From assembly GCA_041687695.1 (NCBI GenBank), contig JAWLBL010000009.1, positions 43,634-107,633 on the forward strand: a stretch of 64,000 nt of DNA. The letters are read 5' to 3'. Numbering within the stretch: the first letter of the stretch is position 1; each line of letters begins with the position of its first letter. The notes below the pieces were generated by a model. It was not told where the DNA came from. It saw only the letters and a program-made list of their open reading frames with translations, and searched no databases. This document shows, one piece after another, positions 1 through 9,460 of the stretch. Origin of the DNA: Myxococcota bacterium (GTDB lineage: Bacteria > Myxococcota_A > UBA9042 > PHBI01 > JAWLBL01). A program made the translations under genes and the position numbers.

Positions 1-291
1 ATGCCGGCGCTATGGACCACGCGGGTGCAGGGGAGGCGCGACGATCGCACAGCGCAGGCAAGGCCTGCGCGGTCCATAGCCGCCTGCGGCGGCGGAACGG
101 CACACCAGGCCCCGAGCCGGGTCGCCGAGGCGTTCGCGCCGGCCGCGCCGGCGCTGTCGTTCGCGCCGCAGGCGCTATGGAGCGCGCCGGCCATGCCGGC
201 GCTATGGACCACGCGGGTGCAGGGGAGGCGCGACGATCGCACAGCGCAGGCAAGGCCTGCGCGGTCCATAGCCGCCTGCGGCGGCGGAACG
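1..291. repeat. Duplicated 99-bp hairpin-rich (REP/MITE-like) element, copies at 1-99 and 193-291
   Basis: The two copies are identical; each has the inverted pair GCTATGGACC...GGTCCATAGC and an internal GCGCAGGC-AAG-GCCTGCGC hairpin. The first copy may extend beyond the window edge. Confidence 0.85.
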
Positions 292-320
292 CAGGCTCGG
301 AACCTTACGCCGCTCCCTTC

Positions 321-925
321 GCGAACGCCTCCCGGTGGGTTCGAACCGACGCCGCCCGCTGCGCGAACGCCTCCCGGTGGGTTCGAACCGACGCCGCCCG
401 CTGCGCGAACGCCTCCCGGTGGGTTCGAACCGACGCCGCCCGCTGCGCGAAGCGCCGCGGCTTGGTTGGAACCGACCCGACCGGCTGCGGCGAGCACATC
501 GCGGTGGTTCGAACCACCGCGAGGCCTTCGTGGCAGCGCCCGAAGGGGTTCGAACCACCGCGAGGCCTTCGTGGCAGCGCCCGAAGTGGTTCGAACCACC
601 GCGATGCCTTCGCGGCAGCGCCCGAAGTGGTTCGAACCACCGCGATGCCTTCGCGGCAGCGCCCGAAGGGGTTCGAACCACCGCGAGGCCTTCGTGGCAG
701 CGCCCGAAGTGGTTCGAACCACCGCGAGGCCTTCGCGGCAGCGTCCGAAGTGGTTCGAACCACCGCGAGGCCTTCGCGGCAGCGTCCGAAGTGGTTCGAA
801 CCACCGCGAGGCCTTCGTGGCAGCGCCCGAAGGGGTTCGAACCACCGCGAGGCCTTCGCGGCAGCGTCCGAAGTGGTTCGAACCACCGCGAGGCCTTCGC
901 TGCGGCGCCCGAAGGGGTGCGAACC
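321..925. repeat. Tandem array: three 42-bp units, one degenerate unit, then ten 41-bp units, all built on the palindrome GGTTCGAACC
   Basis: Cores at 338, 380, 422, 464 (GGTTGGAACC), 506, 547, 588, 629, 670, 711, 752, 793, 834, 875 and 916 (GGTGCGAACC). The 41-bp consensus is GGTTCGAACCACCGCGAKGCCTTCGYGGCAGCGYCCGAAGK; there are no unique spacers. Confidence 0.95.
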
Positions 926-928
926 GCC

Positions 929-2146
929 TCAGTCCTTGCGCCCCACCTCCTCGGCCAGGGCGATGAGCTTCTTGGGCTGGATGACGCCCTTGAAGGGGTA
1001 GACCGCCGGCTCGTCCAGGGTGGTGTCGCGCTCGTCGACGTTCATGCGGGTGGCGACGGCGACGATGAGGTTGCCCGGGCCGTGTTTGCGGACCAGGGCC
1101 AGCTTGTCCTTGAAGCCCTGCAGCCGCCAGAACCACACGATCTCGAGCAGCGCCACCCGGCCGTCGCGGTGGTGCAGGGTGTAGTCGGGCACCAGCACGC
1201 CGCGGCCCTTCAGGTCGACGATGCGGGTGCCGCGCCGCAGCTGCCAGAGCGTGTCCAGCGCGCCGAAGGTCGCCCGCAGGTGCTTCTCTTCGTCGCTCTC
1301 CCAGGTCCCCAGATCCGGCGCCTCGCTGGCCAGGCCGTCCTCGGAGGACACGACGAAGCTCGCCTCGCGCTTCTGGTCGCCCCAGGCGACCTCGGCCTCG
1401 AGCCGCCAGCGCTCGGCGTGCGCCAGCGACGGCAGGACCAGCGCCATCTGCAGCCCGTAGCGCTGCGTCTGCCGGAACAGGCTGAGCGGCCCGTCCAGCG
1501 TCAGCCGCACCCCGCCTTCGGTCCGCTCGGCCCGGTGCATCAGCCGGTGGAACTTGATGATGCGGAACAGCTGCCGCACCCGCTTGGGGTCGGCGCCCTC
1601 CAGGGTCACCACCGCCTGCCGCGCCCGCAGCAGCACCGCCTGGGCCAGCGCCAGGTTGTAGCGCTCCAGCAGCGTCCGCGCCGGGGGCAGGTCGACCTCG
1701 ACCAGCCGCTGCTCGGCCTTGAGGTCGGCGTACAGCGCGTCTTCGACCGCCTGGACCGTCAGCCCCAGCTCGGCCGCCGCCGCCGCCAACGCCGCGCCCC
1801 GGTCGTGCAGCCCCGCCACCCCGGGCGGCCCCACCGGCCACAACGCCCCGGCGTGCCGGAACACCACCGCCCGCACCTCGCTGGGCGGCCGCGGCGCCAC
1901 CGTCTCGACCCGCGCCCGGTCCATCAGCAGCTTGGCGAGCCCCCGCTGGCGCAGGTAGTCGGTCGAGTCGCCGATGAGGTCGGCGATCGCCTCCTCGAGC
2001 GCGCCGATGGGCTGGCCCACATGCGCCCGGAACGCCTCCATCAGCGCCTCGGCCTCGGCCTGCAGGCGCTCGTCGCCCGCGTCGACGTAGCGCGGCACGA
2101 CCACGCCCTTCTTGACCGACGCTCGGACCAGGTCAGCGGTAAGCAC
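929..2146 (-). CDS. DUF790 family protein (Bax1-like predicted endonuclease)
   Basis: MLTADLV start, LYADL, LLERYNLALAQAVL, LDGPLSLF..T.RYG and C-terminal VPDY..LEIVWFW are typical of DUF790; overlaps the 3' end of the XPB-like gene. Confidence 0.85.
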   Translation of the reverse strand: MLTADLVRASVKKGVVVPRYVDAGDERLQAEAEALMEAFRAHVGQPIGALEEAIADLIGDSTDYLRQRGLAKLLMDRARVETVAPRPPSEVRAVVFRHAGALWPVGPPGVAGLHDRGAALAAAAAELGLTVQAVEDALYADLKAEQRLVEVDLPPARTLLERYNLALAQAVLLRARQAVVTLEGADPKRVRQLFRIIKFHRLMHRAERTEGGVRLTLDGPLSLFRQTQRYGLQMALVLPSLAHAERWRLEAEVAWGDQKREASFVVSSEDGLASEAPDLGTWESDEEKHLRATFGALDTLWQLRRGTRIVDLKGRGVLVPDYTLHHRDGRVALLEIVWFWRLQGFKDKLALVRKHGPGNLIVAVATRMNVDERDTTLDEPAVYPFKGVIQPKKLIALAEEVGRKD

Positions 2147-3533
2147 CGTGCTCTCGCCTCCGCTGGCTCATGTGCTCCTCGCCGGTGTCGGCCGTCACCA
2201 CCTCGTACAGCACCGCCTCCTTGCCCTCCTGCCGCCGCAGGATGCGCCCCAGCCGCTGCACGTGCTCGCGCACGCTCGACGTCCCCGACAGCACCACGCC
2301 CACGTTGGCCGACGGCAGGTCGACCCCCTCGTTGAGCACCCGCGAGGTCACCACCGCCCGCAGCGCCCCCTCGTTGAAGGCCTTGAGGATGGCCTGCCGC
2401 TCGTCCGCCGGCGTCTGGTGGGTGATGGCCGGCATCAGGTGCCGCCGGCTGATGGCGTGCACCGAGTCGTTGTCGGCCGTGAACACGATGACCTGGTCGC
2501 TCCGGTGCTGCTTGAGCAGGCTGGCCAGCAGCTCGAGCTTGCCCTCGGAGGCCAGCGCGATGCGCTTCTGCTCGCGCCAGGCCCGCCACGCGCTGCGCCC
2601 TCGCCGCGACTGGCTGGACTTCATCAGAAAGCGCCCCCACCCGTCCGGCGCCGACATGCGGATGCCCTCGCTGACGATGAAGGCCCGGTACTCCTGCCGC
2701 GCCGCGTCGTGGGCCGCCCGCTCGTCGGGCGTCAGCTCGACCCGCAGCCGCACGACCTCGTACTCGGCCAGGTACAGCCCCGCCAGATCCTGGATGTCGC
2801 GCCGGTACACCGTCGGCCCGATGAGCGTGTCCAGCAGCGCGTGCGACCCGTCCGGCCGCTCGGGCGTCGCGGTCAGCCCCAGCCGGAAGGGCGCGATGGC
2901 CCCCTCGGCGCCCTGGGCGTAGCTGGGCCCGGGCAGGTGGTGGCACTCGTCGTAGACGATGAGGCCGAAGCGCGCCCCCAGCCGCTCCATGTGGATGTAG
3001 GCCGAGTCGTAGGTGGTCGCCGTCAGCGGCTTGACATCGTACAGCCCGCCGCCCAGGCCACCGACCCGCTCGGCCCCGAAGGCGCTCTCGAGCAGGTTCA
3101 TCCACTGGGTCATCAGATCGATGGTGGGCGCGACCACCAGGGTCGACCGCTCTGTGGTCGCGATGGCCATCTCGGCGACGTAGCTCTTGCCGGCCCCGGT
3201 GGGCAGCACGACCACCCCGCGCCGCCCCGCCCGCCGCCAGGCCTCCAGCGCCTCCCGCTGGTGCGGGTAGGGGTCTCGGAGGCGCCGCGGCGTCAGCGCC
3301 AGCTCCTCGTAGCCGCGCGCCCGGTCCTCGACCCGGAAGCCCGCCCGGGTCAGGTGGGTCAGCGCCCGCCGATAGGCGATGGCCGGCGCCCGCGGCCGCC
3401 CGCCCGCCCGCGCGTCGGCCACGAAGTCGGGCGGCAGCTCGTCGTCGGCCAGCGGGGTGTCTGCCTCTATGACCAGGGTCCCCTGGTCGAACGACAGCGC
3501 CACCGCGCGCTTGTCCGCCTGCCCCTCGCTCAC
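2133..3533 (-). CDS. XPB/Rad25/Ssl2-like superfamily II DNA helicase
   Basis: LPTGAGKS (Walker A), DECHHL, GLTATPER, LNEGVD, QRLGRILR. GTG start at 3533 overlaps the upstream TGA. Confidence 0.9.
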   Translation of the reverse strand: MSEGQADKRAVALSFDQGTLVIEADTPLADDELPPDFVADARAGGRPRAPAIAYRRALTHLTRAGFRVEDRARGYEELALTPRRLRDPYPHQREALEAWRRAGRRGVVVLPTGAGKSYVAEMAIATTERSTLVVAPTIDLMTQWMNLLESAFGAERVGGLGGGLYDVKPLTATTYDSAYIHMERLGARFGLIVYDECHHLPGPSYAQGAEGAIAPFRLGLTATPERPDGSHALLDTLIGPTVYRRDIQDLAGLYLAEYEVVRLRVELTPDERAAHDAARQEYRAFIVSEGIRMSAPDGWGRFLMKSSQSRRGRSAWRAWREQKRIALASEGKLELLASLLKQHRSDQVIVFTADNDSVHAISRRHLMPAITHQTPADERQAILKAFNEGALRAVVTSRVLNEGVDLPSANVGVVLSGTSSVREHVQRLGRILRRQEGKEAVLYEVVTADTGEEHMSQRRREHGAYR

Positions 3534-5704
3534 GTCGCCTCGACCAACACCAGCGTGTCCTTGCGCGCGTCGACCTGCGCCACCTTCAGCCGCAGCGTCT
3601 GCCCGGCCCGCGGCCGCCCGCGTCCGCCGCCCCCCGCCCGCGCCAGCTGCTGTGGCGTCTGCAGCGCCAGCGCCCCGATCTCGACCAGGACCCGCCCACG
3701 TCCGAGCTCTCGCAGCACCACCCCGTCCAGCACCGCCTCGGGGTTCTGCTCGAGCCAACGCAGCGCCCAATACCTGCGCGAGTCCTGCTCGACCCGCCGC
3801 AGCACGCCGGCCTGCTTGTCCACGTCGCTGAACAGGGTCAGCAGCTGCCCGTCGCTCATCGCCGGGCGCCCGGTCCGCACCACCGCCTTGAGCTGGTAGT
3901 GCATCAGCAGGTCCTGGTAGCGCCGGATGGGGCTGGTCACCTGCGTGTAGGCGTCGACCCCCAGCGAGTAGTGGCCCGCCGGCCGGGTCGTCAGCCCCGA
4001 CGGCTTGAGGGTCCGCAAGAGGCTCACCTGCTCCGCCGGCCCCAGCGAGGCGGCGTCCACCTTGGGCAGCGGCACGTCCGGCGCCGGCTGGACCCGATAG
4101 ACGCAGGGCAGGCCACGCTCGCGGCAGTACCCGCCGGTCGCCGCGCACACGGCGACCATCATCTCGCTGACCAGGCGCCGCCCGGGCCCGTTCGGGTCGC
4201 CCCGGACGATGTCGACCGTCCCGTCGGGGGCGATCTCGAAGACGATCTCGCTGCGCTGGAACGACAGCGAGCCGTTGCGGGTCCGGTGCTGCCGGTGCAG
4301 ATCCATCATGGCCGCGCCGCGCCGCACCAGCGACGCCACCTCGTCCGGCAGCCCGGAGGCGCCCGCCGGCCCCGCCAGCACCGCGTCGGCCTGGTCGTAG
4401 GTGACGCGCCGGTCGACCCGGCACAGCGCCTCTCGGATCTCCAGGAAGCCCAGCCGCCCGTCGGACAGCACCTCGGCCGTGAAGCACAGCGCCGGCCGGA
4501 CCTCGCCCTCCTGCAGGCTGCAGGCGCCCTCGGCCAGCACGGCCGGCATCATCGGGACCTTGCCCTCGGGCAGGTACAGCGTCGACGCGCGGCGCTGCGC
4601 CTCGGCGTCCACCTGGCTGCCGCGCGGGACGATGGCCGCCACGTCCGCGACGAAGACGTGCAGCAGGTTGCCCTCGACGGCGAAGGCGTCGTCCACCTCG
4701 GTGGTCGCGGCGTCGTCGACCGCGATGGTGAGCAGCCCCGTCATGTCGGCCGGCGCCCGCTGGCTGGGCAGGCCAACGCCTTCGCGGCGGCTTTGCGCGC
4801 GTCGCGCCAGCTCCTCGGCCTCGGCCAGCACCTCGGCGGGGAAGGCCATCGGCACGCCGGCCCGCCGCACGAACAGGTTGTCGTCGCGCGACAGCTCGCC
4901 CAGCGTGACCAGCAGGTCGAAGGCCACCGGCCCCGGGTCGGCCTTTGCGGGCCGGCGCTCGAGCCGCTCGAGCAGCGCCAGCGCCTGGGGCGAGCGCGCC
5001 CCCTCGGCGCCGAAGGTCGCCAGATCGATCAGCGCCTCGATCCCGTCGCGCGCCGCCGCCTCGACCGCCTCGGGCGGACCCTCGGGGGCCTCGCCTTCCC
5101 CCAAGCGATTCCGCAGCGCCGCCGTCGCCCAGGCCAGCCGCTGCTCGCGCTCGGCCTCCTCGCGCGCCGCCCGCTCGGCGGCCTCGACGGCCTCGGGCGA
5201 GGCGACCTGCACCTGTCCGCGCTTGACCTTGAAGCGGCTGGGGTCGCGGAAGATGGCCAGCACCACCGCGTCGACCTGCTCGCCGTCGGTCCCACCGACC
5301 GCCAGCTGGGCCAGGCGGGTCGGCTCGACCGTCTCGACCGTCTCGACCGTCTGCGCCGCGCCGCCCGCGTCGCCCGCGCCGCCCGCGCCGGCCACGGCGC
5401 CCGCCTGCTGCGAAGCCGTCAGCCGCCGCCAGGCCTCGTGCAGGTCGACCGCGTCGGCGCCCGCCTGCACCTTGGCCCAGTAGGTCCTCAGCGCCGCCAC
5501 GTCGTCGACCCGGTGCTGGCCCATCCAATAGAAGCGCTCGGCCGCCAGCGACCGCTCGCCCCCGTCGAGCCCCAACGCCGTCACCCGCCGCCCGCTGACG
5601 CCGCGCGCCATCACCGGCGTCAGCTGCCCCGCGTGCGCCAGGTACATGACCTGCCCGCGCTCGACCGGCCCGTCCGGTCCCAAGTCCCACGAAGCCTCGC
5701 TCAC
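3530..5704 (-). CDS. rnb: RNB-domain exoribonuclease (RNase II/R family)
   Basis: IAVDDAATTEVDDAF catalytic motif, RASTLYLP, LVSEMM, HYSLGVDAYTQVTSPIRRYQDL and a C-terminal S1-like region. GTG start at 5704 overlaps the recD2 stop. Confidence 0.88.
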   Translation of the reverse strand: MSEASWDLGPDGPVERGQVMYLAHAGQLTPVMARGVSGRRVTALGLDGGERSLAAERFYWMGQHRVDDVAALRTYWAKVQAGADAVDLHEAWRRLTASQQAGAVAGAGGAGDAGGAAQTVETVETVEPTRLAQLAVGGTDGEQVDAVVLAIFRDPSRFKVKRGQVQVASPEAVEAAERAAREEAEREQRLAWATAALRNRLGEGEAPEGPPEAVEAAARDGIEALIDLATFGAEGARSPQALALLERLERRPAKADPGPVAFDLLVTLGELSRDDNLFVRRAGVPMAFPAEVLAEAEELARRAQSRREGVGLPSQRAPADMTGLLTIAVDDAATTEVDDAFAVEGNLLHVFVADVAAIVPRGSQVDAEAQRRASTLYLPEGKVPMMPAVLAEGACSLQEGEVRPALCFTAEVLSDGRLGFLEIREALCRVDRRVTYDQADAVLAGPAGASGLPDEVASLVRRGAAMMDLHRQHRTRNGSLSFQRSEIVFEIAPDGTVDIVRGDPNGPGRRLVSEMMVAVCAATGGYCRERGLPCVYRVQPAPDVPLPKVDAASLGPAEQVSLLRTLKPSGLTTRPAGHYSLGVDAYTQVTSPIRRYQDLLMHYQLKAVVRTGRPAMSDGQLLTLFSDVDKQAGVLRRVEQDSRRYWALRWLEQNPEAVLDGVVLRELGRGRVLVEIGALALQTPQQLARAGGGGRGRPRAGQTLRLKVAQVDARKDTLVLVEAT

Positions 5705-7899
5705 GCCCGGGTCAGCTCCTTCTGCGCCGCCTTCAGCCGCTCGGCGAGCAGGGTGTTGCGCCGCGCGACCTCGCTGCGCGCGACGGCGATGTGCATGGCC
5801 TTGGCGGTCCCGACCAGGACGACCAGGCGCTTGCCGCGGGTGACGCCGGTGTACATCAGGTTGCGCTGCAGCATCTTGAAGTGCTGCGTGCTGACCGGCA
5901 TGACCACGGCAGGGTACTCGCTGCCCTGCGACTTGTGGACCGAAACGGCGTAGGCCAGCACCAGATCGTCGAGCTGGCGCCGCTCGTAGCGCACCTCTCG
6001 GCCGTCGATGGCCACGCCCAGCCCGTCGTCGTCGACCCGGCAGACCCGCCCCATGTCGCCGTTGAAGACGCCCCGCTCGTAGTCGTTGCGGATCTGCATG
6101 ACCTTGTCGCCCAGCCGGTAGGTCGTCCCGCCCACCGTCACCTCGGGCGTCTCGGCGCCGGCGGGGTTGAGCAGCGCCTGCAGGCGCAGGTTCAGGTGGT
6201 CGACGCCGATGGGGCCGCCGCGCATCGGCGCCAGGACCTGCACGTCGGCGATGGGGTCGAGGCCGAAGCTCTTGGCCAGGCGGCGGGCGACGACCTCCTC
6301 GATGGTGGCGAGGATGTCCTCGGGGCTCTCGCGGGCGATGAAGTAGAAGTCCTGCAGCGGCGTGCCCGCGCCGGTGGGCTCGGGGACCTCGCCGTGGTTG
6401 ATGCGGTGGGCGCTGTCGACGATGGCCGAGCCCCGGCCCTGCCGGAAGATCTCGGTCAGGCGCGCCACCGGGACCGAGCCGCCGCGGATGAGGTCGGTGA
6501 AGGGCGCGCCCGGCCCGACCGGCGGCAGCTGGTCGACGTCGCCCACCAGCACGAGGCGCGCGCCGACGGGGATGGCGCGGACCAGCGCGTGAAACAGCGG
6601 CAGGTCCAGCATCGAGGCCTCGTCGATGATGACCAGCTCGGCGTCGAGCGGGTCCTCCTCGTGGCGCTGGAAGCCCCCCTCGTGGGGCGCGAACTCGAGC
6701 AGGCGGTGGATGGTCTTGGCCTCGAGCCCGGTCGACTCGGTCATGCGCTTGGCGGCGCGGCCGGTCGGCGCCGCCAGGGCCACCTTGTCGGCGGGCAGGC
6801 CGAAGGCCTCGAGCAGCGTGCGGATGATGGTGGTCTTGCCGGTGCCGGGGCCGCCGGTGACGATGGCCGTCCGGTAGCCCAGGGCCAGCTTCACGGCCGC
6901 GGTCTGGCCGCGCGCGAGATCGATGCCCAGCCGGGCGGCGGCCTGCGCGACGCGCGCCTCGGGGTCGCCGTCCAGGGGCGCCGCGCCGCCGTCGCCCACC
7001 AGCACCGCCAGGTGGCGGGCCACGCCCAGCTCGGCCTCGTGCAGGCCGCGCAGGTAGACGAGGTCGTCGTTGGGGTCGCCGTCGGTCAGGACGTTCGCCT
7101 CGACGACCACGCGCCCGGCCATGACCAGCTGGGTGATGGCGCCGTCGACGTCGGCGTCCTGGCCGCCCAGCAGGTGGCGCGTCGCCTCGGTCAGCGCCGA
7201 GCGGGGCAAGAAGCAGTGCCCCTCGGAGCGGGCCTCGAGCAGCACGTGGTAGGCGCCCGCCCGCGCCCGCGCCGGGTGGTCGCCGGCGATGCCCAGGCCC
7301 CGCGCCACCTGGTCGGCCTTGTGGAAGCCGACGCCGTGGACGTCCTCGGCCAGCCGGTAGGGGTTGGTGCGCACCCGGGTGACCGTGTCGTCGCCGTAGC
7401 ACTTGAAGATCTTGTTGGCGAGGCCCGGCGGGATCTGCAGGCCGTGCAGGAAGATGAGCGCCTCCTGCCCGCCGCGCCGCTCTTGCAGGGCCTGGGTGAT
7501 GCGCTCGATCTGCTTGGGTCCGAGGCGCGGCACGTCCTCGAGGCGGGCCGGCTCGCGCATGATGATGTCGAGCGTCGCCGGGCCGAAGCGCTCGACCAGC
7601 CGCTCGGCGGTCTTGGGGCCGATGCCGGGGATGTGCTCCTTCAAGTACTGCTTGAGCCCGTCGGCGGTGGCGGGGATGAGCTCGGTGAAGCGCTCGCCGC
7701 GGAACTGGCGGCCGAAGCGGGGATCGTCGACCCAGTCGCCGTCGAGGCGCACGCGCATGCCCTCTTGCAGCCCCGGCATGGTGCCGACGACGACCACCGG
7801 GCGCACGGCGCCGTCGGCCCGAACCTGCGCGACGGTCCAATGGGTCTCGTCGTTGACGAACCGGATGCGGTCGACCGTCCCTTCCAGCCGCTCTGGCAT
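5701..7899 (-). CDS. recD2: ATP-dependent RecD2-like DNA helicase
   Basis: N-terminal OB/HhH region (IPGIGPKTAE, NPYRL), GGPGTGKT, APTGRAAKR, DEASM, GDVDQLPPV, AVSVHKSQGSEY, YTGVTRGK. ATG at 7899 preferred over 7977. Confidence 0.93.
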   Translation of the reverse strand: MPERLEGTVDRIRFVNDETHWTVAQVRADGAVRPVVVVGTMPGLQEGMRVRLDGDWVDDPRFGRQFRGERFTELIPATADGLKQYLKEHIPGIGPKTAERLVERFGPATLDIIMREPARLEDVPRLGPKQIERITQALQERRGGQEALIFLHGLQIPPGLANKIFKCYGDDTVTRVRTNPYRLAEDVHGVGFHKADQVARGLGIAGDHPARARAGAYHVLLEARSEGHCFLPRSALTEATRHLLGGQDADVDGAITQLVMAGRVVVEANVLTDGDPNDDLVYLRGLHEAELGVARHLAVLVGDGGAAPLDGDPEARVAQAAARLGIDLARGQTAAVKLALGYRTAIVTGGPGTGKTTIIRTLLEAFGLPADKVALAAPTGRAAKRMTESTGLEAKTIHRLLEFAPHEGGFQRHEEDPLDAELVIIDEASMLDLPLFHALVRAIPVGARLVLVGDVDQLPPVGPGAPFTDLIRGGSVPVARLTEIFRQGRGSAIVDSAHRINHGEVPEPTGAGTPLQDFYFIARESPEDILATIEEVVARRLAKSFGLDPIADVQVLAPMRGGPIGVDHLNLRLQALLNPAGAETPEVTVGGTTYRLGDKVMQIRNDYERGVFNGDMGRVCRVDDDGLGVAIDGREVRYERRQLDDLVLAYAVSVHKSQGSEYPAVVMPVSTQHFKMLQRNLMYTGVTRGKRLVVLVGTAKAMHIAVARSEVARRNTLLAERLKAAQKELTRA

Positions 7900-8135
7900 G
7901 GGCGGTACCATCGCACTTGGGGGCAGCGCTCGCAAGGGCGCGCTGGCTTGGCTCGCGATGGGGATCGTGGCGGTCACGGGGCTCCTGCCGGGGGGCGGTC
8001 ACGGGGGCGTCGGGTGGGCCCCTTTAATACAGTCGGGACTTCGGCCCGTTTCGTTGCGCGAAATCGTCACCGCCGTCTCGAAAGGGTCGTCGGGCCGCCG
8101 GCGAGCGGGGCGGAAGGCCGCGCGGTGGCTGCGCG

Positions 8136-8165
8136 TTGACACCCGCGCGATGGCGCCGACATAAT
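8136..8165 (+). promoter_or_regulatory. Sigma70-type promoter
   Basis: TTGACA (8136-8141), 18 nt, CATAAT (8160-8165), upstream of the 8197 ORF. Confidence 0.65.
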
Positions 8166-8196
8166 CCCGGCGCCTCGAGGCCCCTGGGGAGCGAAC

Positions 8197-9321
8197 GTGA
8201 ATTTGCGCATGAAATCCGAGCACTTGCGAGCCCACCTGCGCGGCGCCGGCCTGGGCCTGGCCCTGCTGGGCGCGTCGGCGATCGTCAGCGGCTGCGCCCA
8301 GTGCGGCAGCGGTGAGGCCGCAGAAGAGGCCGCCGAGGAGGCCGCCGAGGGCGCCAAGCAGGCCTCCAAGAAGGCCGCCGCGGCGAGCAAGGCGACCGAG
8401 GAGGCCGAGCCGGCCGCGGACGAGGCCGAGGACGAGGGCGAGGCGGACGAGGCGGGGACCGACGAGGCGGACGGTAAGCCCGCTGAGGCGGCCGAGGCCG
8501 ACGAGGGCGCCGTAGAGGCGAGGAAGCCAGCGGACCGGGAGGCAAAGGCCGCGGCCGAGCCCGAGGACCCGCAGGCGGCGCGCGAGCGGCGGCTGGCCGA
8601 GCTGAAGGCGCGCACCGAAGAGCGGCGCCAGGAGCGCCTCGCGCGCTTGAGGGGCAACGCGGCGGGCGGGCCTGGAGCGGGCGCCGAGGCTTCCAGGGCC
8701 GACGTGCCGCCGGCCGTCGCGTCCGGTGACGTGCCGGGCGCCGAGCCGGCCGCCGAGGTGTCCGGGGCCGGAGAGGCCGCGATCCCGGCCGGGGAGACGC
8801 CTCCCACCGCGCAGACCGGCGCCGCCTCGGCGCGCCCGGCCACCCCGACGCCGCCGACGCCCCCCACGACCTCCGTCGTGCAGCCGCCCGTGGCCCCGCC
8901 GGCGCCGCGCGGCCTCGATCTCGAGAAGTACCTGACCATCAACGACGTGCGGACCCTGACGGGCGAGCGCACGCTGGCGCCCCTGGGGACCCTGGTCGGC
9001 ATCGCCTCGAGCGACCACTACAACTCGTCGTACTTCGCGCCGCCCGCCCGCGCCAACTTCGGCGTGTCGCTGCAGGTCTGGAGCGAGAAGACCCGCCGGG
9101 ACGTCAACGAGCGCTTCCGCAAGATGCGCCGCGACTACCCGAACGCCGAGGACACCAGCGCCGTCACGGCCAAGGGGTTCTTCGCGTACTGGAACGACAT
9201 CATGATGTTGACCTTCATGCACTTCGACAAGCGCATCATCGTCACGGTGTCGTGCAGCCAGGCCATCTGCACCCCCGAGGAGCTGTTCAAGCTGGCGACG
9301 ACGGTCAAGGACCGGCTGTAG
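8197..9321 (+). CDS. Hypothetical exported/lipoprotein with Ala/Glu/Pro-rich linker and C-terminal globular domain
   Basis: Hydrophobic N-terminus ending IVSGC, low-complexity middle and GC3-rich C-terminal ~130 aa. Start may be ATG 8209. Confidence 0.75.
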   Translation: MNLRMKSEHLRAHLRGAGLGLALLGASAIVSGCAQCGSGEAAEEAAEEAAEGAKQASKKAAAASKATEEAEPAADEAEDEGEADEAGTDEADGKPAEAAEADEGAVEARKPADREAKAAAEPEDPQAARERRLAELKARTEERRQERLARLRGNAAGGPGAGAEASRADVPPAVASGDVPGAEPAAEVSGAGEAAIPAGETPPTAQTGAASARPATPTPPTPPTTSVVQPPVAPPAPRGLDLEKYLTINDVRTLTGERTLAPLGTLVGIASSDHYNSSYFAPPARANFGVSLQVWSEKTRRDVNERFRKMRRDYPNAEDTSAVTAKGFFAYWNDIMMLTFMHFDKRIIVTVSCSQAICTPEELFKLATTVKDRL

Positions 9322-9460
9322 CCGCCCGCAGCGATCTGGACCGCCCGACGGCGTACCCCTCGCGCGGCTGTAAGGCCCCGGCAGGGGTCGGTATTTGACA
9401 ACCGCGACGCGCTTGCCCGAAGCTGCGGCCTGCCTTCGGTCCCGCGAGAGAGGTGCGCGC

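Noticed and set aside
321..925. CRISPR array
   Set aside because: Units are contiguous near-identical repeats without unique spacers, and there are no cas genes in the window.
338..925. tRNA genes suggested by GGTTCGAA (T-loop-like) motifs
   Set aside because: No cloverleaf, acceptor stem or anticodon arm; the 41-bp period is too short.
1..1001. ORFs 1..966, 12..1001, 202..804 and 305..886
   Set aside because: They are open in several frames only because the GC-rich repeats lack stop codons; the same peptides rotate through frames, and there is no RBS or codon bias.
2133..8002. Giant 1185-aa and 1490-aa fusion ORFs
   Set aside because: The N-terminal extensions are off-frame readings of the upstream genes; the real starts are GTG 3533 and GTG 5704, each overlapping the previous stop.
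2112..8139. Long plus-strand ORFs (2112..3899, 3899..5953, 5791..8139) and similar antisense ORFs throughout the window
   Set aside because: Shadow ORFs opposite well-supported genes, typical of high-GC DNA; no motifs.
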